A stretch of DNA of 14,075 nucleotides from Candidatus Krumholzibacteriia bacterium. GTDB lineage: Bacteria; Krumholzibacteriota; Krumholzibacteriia; LZORAL124-64-63. Position 1 is the first letter of the stretch. Each line of letters begins with the position of its first letter. The notes beneath the pieces are model-generated. The model saw only the letters and a program-made list of their open reading frames with translations, was not told the origin of the DNA and did no database searches. This document shows, one piece after another, positions 6,596 through 14,075 of this stretch. The stretch spans positions 1-14,075 of the forward strand of contig JAWOID010000070.1 of assembly GCA_046484865.1 (NCBI GenBank). Direction: 5' to 3'. The translations under genes were made by a program, and so were the position numbers.

Positions 6596-9208
6596 TCAGA
6601 AGTCGCTGGCGCGCAAGAGGATGACGGTGCGGTCGTCCGAGCGCTCGGCCCCCCCGAAGGCGGTCACGGCGGCGAAGATCTTGCCGAGCAGGTCCTCGAG
6701 GCCGATCTCCGGGGGGTCATCGGCGACGAGCGTCGCGACGGCATCGCCGGCAGGGGCGGGAATGGTCGTGGCCGCGGCAGGGGCGCCGGAGAGGGAGGAG
6801 GCGCTCGTCGCGGCGGGTTCGCCGCTCGTCGCGGCGCTGGCGACCGGGGCGATCGCATCGCGCAGGCTCCTCAGCAGACGGCGTTCGTCGTAGAAGACGC
6901 CTGCCGGGTCGTGCTGCTCCGTGATCCCGTCGGTGTACAGGACCAGCAGGTCCGAAGGCCGCAGCCGGACGGTGCCCCGGCGGTACTCGTGGTTGGGCAG
7001 CACTCCCAGCACCGGACCGCCCCTGCGCAACCGTTCCACGCGTCCGTCGGATCGCAGCAGCAGGGGTGGATCCATGCCCGCGTTGCAGTAGGCGAGCAGG
7101 CCGCTCGCCGGCCGGTACACCCCGAAGAAGAACGAGACGAAGGGCCCGGGAGCGAGCAGGTCCGTGACGTTGCGGTTGAGCGCGCGGACCACCGCCTCCG
7201 GTTCCTCCGCCGGCACCGCCAGCGAGCGGAAACTCGCCCGGACGGTGCTCATCAGCATGGCCGCCGCGATGCCCTTGCCCGACACGTCGGCGATGCACAC
7301 GCCCACGGCATCGTCGCCCAGCCGGAAGTAGTCGAAGTAGTCGCCGCCCACGGCGTGGCAGGGGTCGTTGCGCCCGCAGATCGCCACGCCTGGTCGCTCC
7401 AGCGGACCGTCCGGGAGCAACTGTGTCTGGATGTCGCGGGCCAGGCTCAGCTCGCGCTCGATCTGCTCCCGGTCGCTGCTCTCGCGGTAGAGCCGCTGAT
7501 TCTCCAGCGAGGCCGCCGTCTGGATCGCCAGCGTGCGCAGGTTCGCGAGGTCCTCCTGGCTGTACAGCGCCCCGCCGCGCTTGGGCCCGAGCGACAGGAA
7601 CCCCACCAGACGGTTCCCCGTGACCAGGGGCACCAGCAGTTCGCTGTCCAGAGCGTCGAGCACCGCCGCCGAGATGCCCGTGCCGCCAGGCAGCAGGAGG
7701 TCCTCGAGTTCCTCGACGAACACCGGTCGTCGCAGGTCGTCCAGAAGCCGGGCCAGACGGGCGCCGGTGGCGAGGGGAGGCAGTCCGGGAGGCCCTCCCT
7801 GCGCCCTGTCGCGCGGCCGCCGGCCCGCAGGCTCGAGCTGCGCGCCGCCGTCCCGCGCGAGAAAGATGTGCAGCTTCCCGGGCGCGTAGAGCAGTTCCAG
7901 CCGGTCCAGGAGCAACTCCACCGCTTCGGCCCGATCGATGATGCCGGTGAGATCGTGGGCGAGCTGCACCACCGCGGCGCGGGTGGCCAGCCGCGCGGGG
8001 TAGAACGCCCGGTCCACCCAGCGCTGGGCGGCGCGGCGCAGGGGCAGCACCGCCAGGCCGCTGGCTGCCACGAGCGCCAGCACGAGAGGATACGTGGAGA
8101 GTCGGAGCGCCTGGGCCAGCGCGTGCCCTACCACGCCGACGACGATCACGTAACCCACGAGCACCAGCAGGGTCAGCGTGCCGTAGACCAGGCTCGTGCG
8201 CACCACGAACGCGGTATCCAGCGCGCCGTAGCGCATGATGGCCACGCCGAAGGCGGCGGGAACGAGCAGGAGCGAGAAGCCCAGATACTCCCACGGGAGG
8301 CCGCCGCCGGCGGGCGCCACCCCCGCCAGCAGCGTGCCGAACAGGAACGGGCCGAGTCCTGCCAGCAGGCCGACCAGGATCACCCTCATCTTGGTGTGCT
8401 GGATGGGGCGGTCGCGACGCCACGCCTTGCGCGCGAAGACGGCCAGGCCCGCCACGAAGTAGAGCATGAAGAGCACGAGCGCTCCGGTCCGCGTGACCGC
8501 CACCAGCGCTTCCGGAGCGCGGGAGGGCGTCAGCAGATGGACCAGGGCGACCAGGGCGAGCAGCGGCAGCGGGGGCACGAGGATCCAGCGCAGGAGCCGG
8601 CCGTCCTCGCGGGGACGACTGCCCACGCTGGGAAACAGCAGCAGGAAGCGCAGGAAGAACACCGGCAGCATGAGCTGCAGGACGTCGCTCCCGATCTCCT
8701 TCGCGATGATGTAGGCGCTGGAGGGCAGATCCGGGACGTCCAGCAGGATGTACGCGAAGATCAGGCTGGCAGCGAAGAAGTTCCGCGCCACCGGATCTCC
8801 GCGCTTCGAGAGGACCCACCAGCCCATGAGCAGGAAGGCGACGCCGGTGAGCCAGAGGCTGTACGACCGCACCAGAGCGGCGCGGGAGGGGGGCTGCGGG
8901 ACCAGGACGATCCGGTGGAGCGTCCCGGCGCGTGCCACCGTGAGGTGAAGCGGGTCCAGGGACCAGTCGGTCGCACGCAGGCGGTCCCAGTCGACCATCC
9001 GGTGGAGGGGGGAGTCTCCGACCGCGCGCAGCCGATCGCCCCGGCGCAGCCCGGCGCGCTCGGCCGGCCCGCCGGCGTCGACCGCGACCACCTCCAGCCG
9101 GCGGATCGATGCGCCCAGTTCGGGCTTCTGGGCGAGCTGCAGGCCACTGGCCAGGGCGGCCACGAGCAGCAGCGGCCCCAGCGCCCAGAGGCCCAGCAGG
9201 CGAGTCAC
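6596..9208 (-). CDS. Membrane sensor Ser/Thr phosphatase: PDZ, multi-pass transmembrane region, GAF and SpoIIE/PP2C (RsbU-like) domains
   Basis: PDZ: VVAVDAGGPAERAGLRRGDRLRAVG. About 8 hydrophobic helices follow. GAF: LLVPLVTGNRLVGFLSLGPKRGGALYSQEDLANLRTLA. Coiled coil: ERELSLARDIQ. PP2C: VGGDYFD, IADVSGKG, YCNAG, LYTDGITE, DDRT. Start placed at GTG 9208 (GAGGG upstream); the track's TTG at 9334 is an alternative. Confidence 0.92.
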   Translation of the reverse strand: MTRLLGLWALGPLLLVAALASGLQLAQKPELGASIRRLEVVAVDAGGPAERAGLRRGDRLRAVGDSPLHRMVDWDRLRATDWSLDPLHLTVARAGTLHRIVLVPQPPSRAALVRSYSLWLTGVAFLLMGWWVLSKRGDPVARNFFAASLIFAYILLDVPDLPSSAYIIAKEIGSDVLQLMLPVFFLRFLLLFPSVGSRPREDGRLLRWILVPPLPLLALVALVHLLTPSRAPEALVAVTRTGALVLFMLYFVAGLAVFARKAWRRDRPIQHTKMRVILVGLLAGLGPFLFGTLLAGVAPAGGGLPWEYLGFSLLLVPAAFGVAIMRYGALDTAFVVRTSLVYGTLTLLVLVGYVIVVGVVGHALAQALRLSTYPLVLALVAASGLAVLPLRRAAQRWVDRAFYPARLATRAAVVQLAHDLTGIIDRAEAVELLLDRLELLYAPGKLHIFLARDGGAQLEPAGRRPRDRAQGGPPGLPPLATGARLARLLDDLRRPVFVEELEDLLLPGGTGISAAVLDALDSELLVPLVTGNRLVGFLSLGPKRGGALYSQEDLANLRTLAIQTAASLENQRLYRESSDREQIERELSLARDIQTQLLPDGPLERPGVAICGRNDPCHAVGGDYFDYFRLGDDAVGVCIADVSGKGIAAAMLMSTVRASFRSLAVPAEEPEAVVRALNRNVTDLLAPGPFVSFFFGVYRPASGLLAYCNAGMDPPLLLRSDGRVERLRRGGPVLGVLPNHEYRRGTVRLRPSDLLVLYTDGITEQHDPAGVFYDERRLLRSLRDAIAPVASAATSGEPAATSASSLSGAPAAATTIPAPAGDAVATLVADDPPEIGLEDLLGKIFAAVTAFGGAERSDDRTVILLRASDF

Positions 9209-9348
9209 GCCCTCGTAGCGCGTCTCGCTTTCGAAGACCGCGACGCTCAGAGCCGACCTCCCCCCCGGCCGCGACGAGCGCGTCGGGCCTCGCCGGTGAC
9301 CGGGTCCACCGTCCGTGGCGATCCGCCGCCGCAACGGTGGTGTCCGCG

Positions 9349-9377
9349 ATGCTAGCGCGTACGGTGCCGGTCGCCAA
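9349..9377 (-). promoter_or_regulatory. Candidate sigma-70 promoter for the phosphatase gene
   Basis: The minus strand reads TTGGCG-17 nt-TAGCAT in the intergenic gap. Confidence 0.45.
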
Positions 9378-9445
9378 GCAGGGACTGCCGCGAGGAGGTG
9401 ACCACCGGCGAGAGTCCGCGGGCTGTCCTCAGGTGGGGGGACGGA

Positions 9446-10693
9446 TCAGCGCAGGCCGGCCATGGGGGACGAGGCGGCCAACGGGCTGCGATCGCAGCCA
9501 CGGCCGCGGGCTCCCACCAGGCCGTCGATTCCCGGGCTCCGTCCCGGCAGGCAGGGCGAGTTCGCGGCGAGCCGGAAGTCGCCCTGTTCGGGGGCGCAGA
9601 AGAGCGGCGCGCGGGAGAAGTTGCCCCTGACCGGCTGCTGCGTCTCCAGCAGCGAGGACCAGTCGCCGTCGGCGTTCCCGTGGAGGTTGCAGCCCGCCAG
9701 CACCGGCGGGTGGGTTCCGGGGGCCGCGATGGGGGCCAGCGGATGATCCGACAGGATGCAGCGTTCCAGCGTGGCGCTCGCCTCGGCCAGCAGCAGCAGG
9801 GCGCCGCCGGCATGTTCGGCGCGATTGCGGTAGAACGTGCAGCCGACCACCACCGGTGCGCCGCCGATGGACGCCAGCGCGCCGCCGCCGAGCCCGCCGC
9901 TGTTCCGGTCGAAGATGCAGGACTCGAATCTCGCCCGCCCCCGGTCGACCGCGACCGCCCCGCCGCTGTTCGCCGCCGTGTTGGTGGCGAACACCACGTT
10001 CCGGACCGTCACCTCGGCACCCTCGGCAATCGCCACGGCGCCTCCGGACAGCGCGGCGTTGTGCTCGGCCCGTCCTCCCTGCAGCAGACCGCCGCCCGCA
10101 CCGAGCCACGACACGGCGCCGCCCCTGCGCTCGGCGAGATTGCCCTCGAAGACGCAGCCCTCCACCCGCGGAGCGGCATCCGGCCCCACGTGCAGGCCGC
10201 CGCCGTCGCGGGCGACGCTCTCGCGGATCACGCAGCTGGCGAGCTTGGGACGGCCGGAGAGGATCCGCACCGCGCCCCCGGCGTCGTCGACCGAACCTCC
10301 CCGGAGCGTGAAGCCCACCACCGCCGTCAGCGAGTCGGCTCGCGCCAGGTCGAGGACCCGACCGGCGCCCCGGGCGTCGATGGTCGCGCAGTCCGGCTGC
10401 AGCGTTCCGCTCCACAACCGCACGCCGGGTCCCACCTCCAGGTCGTGCTCCAGGTAATCGCCGCACGAGACCAGCACCACGTCGCCCGGTCGTGCGGCGG
10501 CGAGCGCGGCGCCGATGGTGGCATGGTCGCGGGGGACCGCGAGGACGCCTGCCGACGCGGTACCTGCCCATGCCAGCGCCGGCAGCAGGACGCATCCGAC
10601 CAGGCGGCCGGCCGCGGCCCGGCGGGATCGCGGTGCGGCGCCACGAGACCGGGGCGGGGCGAGGGGGAAACCGATCGGAAAACGGGCGAGCAC
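9446..10693 (-). CDS. Secreted right-handed parallel beta-helix (pectin-lyase fold) protein with GGA/FxxN repeats
   Basis: Signal peptide ends TASA. The N-cap reads VPRDHATIGAALAAARPGDVVLVSCGDY. Repeated CxFxxNxA...GG[AG][VL] units follow. The C-terminus has PLFCAPEQGDFRLAANSPC. Confidence 0.85.
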   Translation of the reverse strand: MLARFPIGFPLAPPRSRGAAPRSRRAAAGRLVGCVLLPALAWAGTASAGVLAVPRDHATIGAALAAARPGDVVLVSCGDYLEHDLEVGPGVRLWSGTLQPDCATIDARGAGRVLDLARADSLTAVVGFTLRGGSVDDAGGAVRILSGRPKLASCVIRESVARDGGGLHVGPDAAPRVEGCVFEGNLAERRGGAVSWLGAGGGLLQGGRAEHNAALSGGAVAIAEGAEVTVRNVVFATNTAANSGGAVAVDRGRARFESCIFDRNSGGLGGGALASIGGAPVVVGCTFYRNRAEHAGGALLLLAEASATLERCILSDHPLAPIAAPGTHPPVLAGCNLHGNADGDWSSLLETQQPVRGNFSRAPLFCAPEQGDFRLAANSPCLPGRSPGIDGLVGARGRGCDRSPLAASSPMAGLR

Positions 10694-10748
10694 GCTTCAC
10701 CGCCTGCGAGATGACGCCCCAGGGGTCGCGTCCGTGTCGTGAGACGTC

Positions 10749-10777
10749 AATTAAGAGGCGTGTCTCGTCCGCGGCAA
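10749..10777 (-). promoter_or_regulatory. Candidate sigma-70 promoter for the beta-helix gene
   Basis: The minus strand reads TTGCCG-17 nt-TTAATT, just downstream of the upstream gene's terminator. Confidence 0.35.
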
Positions 10778-10785
10778 GGAGGACC

Positions 10786-10830
10786 AAAGACGGCGGCGCC
10801 GCTTCCCCCCGGGAAAGGCGGCGCCGCCGT
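10786..10830 (-). terminator. Intrinsic terminator after the small secreted protein gene
   Basis: Perfect 13-bp stem ACGGCGGCGCCGC (10790-10802) / GCGGCGCCGCCGT (10818-10830), followed by CTTT on the minus strand. It lies about 20 nt after the stop at 10850. Confidence 0.75.
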
Positions 10831-10849
10831 TCGACCGTGATTCAGGCGT

Positions 10850-11425
10850 CTAGCGGAAGAGGGACTTCACGCCCGACCAGGTCTCGTTCTCGGCGCCCAC
10901 GACGCAGTCGCCGTTGATGGTGGCCACGGGAACGTCCGGGCCGCCGGTGGACTGGCGCAGAACCTTGATGATGCCGATGTCCTCGGAGTCGACGTAGTTC
11001 GGCGCGCGGGGATCCACGCTGCTGAAGCGGATGCCGGAGATCATGAACTCGACCGGCATCTCCACGGACGAGACGTAGACCGACATGGTGGCCACGACGA
11101 TGGGATTGCCGTAGATGGCCTCACCCAGGCCCACCGAGTACTCCGGCGGAGTCGTGGCGTTGATGGCCAGGCCGGAGAAGGCCATGTTGCCGAGCACGCC
11201 GCCACCGAGCACCTCGAGCTTCATCTCCCAGGCCCGGATGCCGACGCTGGTCAGGTGCGTGAGGACGACGTAGGCGTCGATCATGCCGACCGGCGCGGTG
11301 GCGCAGTTCACGGTCGCGCCCTGGTCGAAATAGACGCCGCAGGCGTCGGTGTAGGGGTCGGTCTGAGCACTGGCGGGAACTGCCAGCAGCATGGTGAGGC
11401 AGGTTAGCGCGAGCACGAAACGCAT
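10850..11425 (-). CDS. Secreted hypothetical protein (beta-rich) ending in VGAENETWSGVKSLFR
   Basis: AAGGAGA RBS before ATG 11425. Classical signal peptide MRFVLALTCLTMLLAVPASA-Q. Codons are strongly GC3-biased, and the gene has its own terminator. Confidence 0.88.
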   Translation of the reverse strand: MRFVLALTCLTMLLAVPASAQTDPYTDACGVYFDQGATVNCATAPVGMIDAYVVLTHLTSVGIRAWEMKLEVLGGGVLGNMAFSGLAINATTPPEYSVGLGEAIYGNPIVVATMSVYVSSVEMPVEFMISGIRFSSVDPRAPNYVDSEDIGIIKVLRQSTGGPDVPVATINGDCVVGAENETWSGVKSLFR

Positions 11426-11636
11426 GATGTGTCTCCTTGCGTTGCGGTTGCCGGGGCCGTCGCCCCGTACTCAACCGGATCCGGTTTGGAACCTGTTGTC
11501 GTTGGACGGGCTGCCCATTCGCCCGTTCAACTGTACCGCATGTGCCGACTGAATTCCATAAAAAAAGGAAAAGTCGTCCTAAAAATTGACATCAGGGGTT
11601 ATGTATCGGTCAGATGTGCCACCTCCGGGGTGCCGG

Positions 11637-11666
11637 TTGACCCTGCCGCCGCGCCGGTGTTACATT
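11637..11666 (+). promoter_or_regulatory. Candidate sigma-70 promoter for valS
   Basis: TTGACC (11637-11642), 18-nt spacer, TACATT (11661-11666), with an extended -10 TG at 11658-11659. It is about 100 nt upstream of the valS start. Confidence 0.55.
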
Positions 11667-11764
11667 GCCCCCGGCAGCCGAAGGAACCGGGGCGATCCAC
11701 TAACCCCGTTTCTCTGCTAGATTTGCGAACCCCCCGGCCCGGACGCGCCAGCGAGGAGAGCTGC

Positions 11765-14075
11765 GTGAACGATCTCCGCCAGCAGAGTCAGTACGACCCT
11801 CGAGGTGTCGAGGAGAAGTGGTACGCGGCCTGGGAGAGCGCGCAGCTGTTCGTTCCGGAGCCGGCGCCCGGCGCCCCCGCGTTCGTCATCACCCTGCCGC
11901 CCCCCAACGTCACCGGCATGCTCCACATGGGGCATTGCCTGGGCAACTCGATCCAGGACAGCCTCGTGCGCTGGATGCGCATGCGAGGCCGCGAGACAGT
12001 CTGGATCCCCGGGACCGACCACGCCAGCATCGCCACCGAGCAGGTGGTGAGCCGGCGACTCCGCGAGGAGGGGCTCGACAAGGCCCAGGTGGGGCGCGAG
12101 GGGTTTCTGGAGCGCGCCTGGAAGTGGAAGGAGAGCACCCACGGGGTGATCACGCGCCAGCTGCGCCGGCTCGGCTGCTCGCTCGACTGGTCGCGCGAGG
12201 CCTTCACGATGGACGAGGCTCGCAACCGGGCCGTGGTCCGGGCCTTCGTGGCGCTGCGCGAAAAGGGACTGATCTACCGCGACGTGTACCTGGTGAACTG
12301 GTGCCCGCACGACCTCACCGCCATCAGCGACGACGAGGTCGAGTACCGGGAAGTGCGCGGACATCTCTGGCACCTGCGTTATCCGTTCGCGGACGGCGAC
12401 GGACACCTGACCGTGGCCACCACCCGCCCCGAGACCATGTTCGGCGACGTGGCCGTGGCGGTGCACCCCGACGATCCCGAGCGCAGCCGCTTCATCGGCC
12501 GGACCGTGCGTCTGCCCCTGACCGACCGGGAAGTGCCGGTCATCGGGGACATCCATGCCGATCCGGAGAAGGGCACCGGCTGTGTCAAGATCACGCCCGC
12601 GCACGATCCGAACGACTTCGAGGTGGGGCGGCGGCACGGACTGCCGCAGGTGATCTGCATGACCGAGCGCGGCGTCATGAACGAGGCGGCGGGACGCTTC
12701 GCGGGACTCGATCGCTACGAGGCGCGGCCGCTGGTCGTGGCTGCCCTCGAGGAGCACGGTCTGCTGGCCCGGGTCGAGGAGCACGTCCACCAGGTGGGAC
12801 ATCACGACCGTTGCGGCAACGTCATCGAACCATACCTGTCGCGGCAGTGGTTCCTGCGCATGGCCCCGCTGGCGGAGCCGGCCGTGCGGGCGGTGGCCGA
12901 CGGCACCATCCGCCTGCAGCCCGAGCGGTGGATCGGGGTCTACGAGAACTGGATGCGCAACATCCGCGACTGGTGCATCTCGCGTCAGCTGTGGTGGGGA
13001 CACCGGATCCCGGTCTGGTACTGCGACGGCTGCGACGAGAGCGTGACCGCCGAGAGCGCTCCCGAGCGATGCCCGCGCTGCGGGGGCGGGTCGCTGACGC
13101 AGGACCCGGACGTACTCGACACGTGGTTCAGTTCCTGGTTGTGGACGTTCTCGCCGCTGGGGTGGCCCGACACCACGGCGGACCTGCAGCGCTACCACCC
13201 GACCTCGGTGCTGGTGACCGCGGCCGACATCATCTTCTTCTGGGTGGCGCGCATGGTCATGGCGAGCTACGAGTTCCTGGGCGAACCGCCGTTCCAGGAG
13301 GTCCTCTTCACCGGCATCGTGCGCGACGACGAGGGCCGCAAGATGAGCAAGTCGCTGGGGAACAGTCCCGATCCGATCGCGCTCATCGACCGGTACGGAG
13401 CCGACGCGCTGCGCTGCTCGCTGGTGATGCTCACGCCCACGGGGCAGGACATCTTCTTCAGCGAGAGCACCCTCGAGGTAGGCCGCAACTTCTGCAACAA
13501 GATCTTCCAGGCGACGAAGCTCGTGCTCGGGCACTGGGACCAGTCGGGACTGCCGCAGGAGCCCGCCGTGGCGGAGGCGCCGCGCGGCACGCTGGACCTG
13601 GATGCGGCTCTGGCTGCCGGCGACGGCTGGGGCGAAGCTCCCGCCGCGGCGGTGGCCGCCCTGTGGCGCGCCACCTTCGGCAGCGATCTGCCCGTGACCC
13701 TGCGCGACGAGGATCTGGCCCTGGAGGACCGCTGGATCCTCGGCCGGGTGTGCGCCACCGCCCGCGAGTGCAACGAGAACCTGGAGAAGCGGCGCCTGAA
13801 CGACTCGGCCCACGCCGTCTTCGACTTCTTCCGTCACGAGCTGTGCGACTGGTACCTGGAAGCCATCAAGCCGCGCCTGCGCGACCCCGACCGGCAGCAG
13901 CCGGCGCTCGTGATCGCGGTCCTCGAACTGGCGCTCAGCTACAAGCTGCTGCACCCGGTGATGCCCTTCATCACCGAGGAGCTGTGGAGCTGGCTGCCGC
14001 CGGCGAGCGGCTTCCTCATGGTGACCGGCTACCCGGTGCTGACCGGCGAGGCGCCGTTCCCCCGGGAGACCGCGC
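11765..14075 (+). CDS. valS: Valine--tRNA ligase, 3'-truncated by the window edge
   Basis: GAGGAG RBS (11753-11758) and GTG at 11765. Hand translation gives YDPRGVEEKWY, LPPPNVTGMLHMGH (HIGH), PGTDHASIATE, VATTRPETMFGD, GTGCVKITPAHDPNDF, DWCISRQLWWGHRIP, DVLDTWFSS, KMSKSLGN (codon 13340, same frame) and LLHPVMPFITEELW. No stop before the edge. Confidence 0.98.
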   Translation, partial: MNDLRQQSQYDPRGVEEKWYAAWESAQLFVPEPAPGAPAFVITLPPPNVTGMLHMGHCLGNSIQDSLVRWMRMRGRETVWIPGTDHASIATEQVVSRRLREEGLDKAQVGREGFLERAWKWKESTHGVITRQLRRLGCSLDWSREAFTMDEARNRAVVRAFVALREKGLIYRDVYLVNWCPHDLTAISDDEVEYREVRGHLWHLRYPFADGDGHLTVATTRPETMFGDVAVAVHPDDPERSRFIGRTVRLPLTDREVPVIGDIHADPEKGTGCVKITPAHDPNDFEVGRRHGLPQVICMTERGVMNEAAGRFAGLDRYEARPLVVAALEEHGLLARVEEHVHQVGHHDRCGNVIEPYLSRQWFLRMAPLAEPAVRAVADGTIRLQPERWIGVYENWMRNIRDWCISRQLWWGHRIPVWYCDGCDESVTAESAPERCPRCGGGSLTQDPDVLDTWFSSWLWTFSPLGWPDTTADLQRYHPTSVLVTAADIIFFWVARMVMASYEFLGEPPFQEVLFTGIVRDDEGRKMSKSLGNSPDPIALIDRYGADALRCSLVMLTPTGQDIFFSESTLEVGRNFCNKIFQATKLVLGHWDQSGLPQEPAVAEAPRGTLDLDAALAAGDGWGEAPAAAVAALWRATFGSDLPVTLRDEDLALEDRWILGRVCATARECNENLEKRRLNDSAHAVFDFFRHELCDWYLEAIKPRLRDPDRQQPALVIAVLELALSYKLLHPVMPFITEELWSWLPPASGFLMVTGYPVLTGEAPFPRETA

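Noticed and set aside
6548..9355. 935-aa plus-strand ORF and 886-aa alternative-frame ORF (6717..9377)
   Set aside because: Both are shadows of the phosphatase gene. High GC suppresses stop codons, and the translations have no recognisable domains.
9353..9368. Sigma-54 site CGGCACCGTACGCGCT upstream of the phosphatase gene
   Set aside because: The GG-N10-GC spacing is present, but the -12 box lacks TT, and an overlapping sigma-70-like pair with 17-nt spacing fits better.
11667..11764. T-box riboswitch upstream of valS
   Set aside because: The leader is only about 90 nt and has no T-box consensus (AAnnnGGGTGGnACC) or terminator/antiterminator.
11717..13954. 745-aa minus-strand ORF
   Set aside because: It is the antisense shadow of valS, which carries all the class I synthetase motifs on the plus strand.
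1..14075. CRISPR array, IS/transposase, integrase, tRNA/rRNA, or selenocysteine read-through in the redox genes
   Set aside because: No regularly spaced repeats, terminal inverted repeats, recombinase motifs or cloverleaf structures were seen. Both CxxC motifs use ordinary Cys codons with no in-frame TGA.

Overview
This is a very GC-rich bacterial chromosomal window from a diderm. The protein style suggests a Candidatus Krumholzibacteriota/Latescibacterota-like lineage (inference). Genes in order: 3' part of an RpoD/RpoS-type sigma-70 gene; a YigZ/IMPACT gene (-); a predicted outer-membrane beta-barrel protein and a secreted FG-GAP/VCBS-repeat protein (+) behind a good sigma-54 -24/-12 site; a DsbD-like thiol:disulfide interchange gene (-) divergent from a TlpA-like lipoprotein thioredoxin (+); an unannotated 22-codon hydrophobic small ORF (-) with a strong RBS, its own terminator and a candidate sigma-54 promoter; a PDZ-multiTM-GAF-PP2C (SpoIIE) phosphatase (-); a secreted parallel beta-helix protein (-); a small secreted protein ending in TWSGVKSLFR (-); and the 5' part of valS (+), absent from the ORF track because it runs off the window. 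No mobile element, CRISPR array or RNA gene was seen. The most notable observations are the stand-alone microprotein unit, a DsbD whose N-terminal domain has no cysteines, and the putative C-terminal sorting motif.
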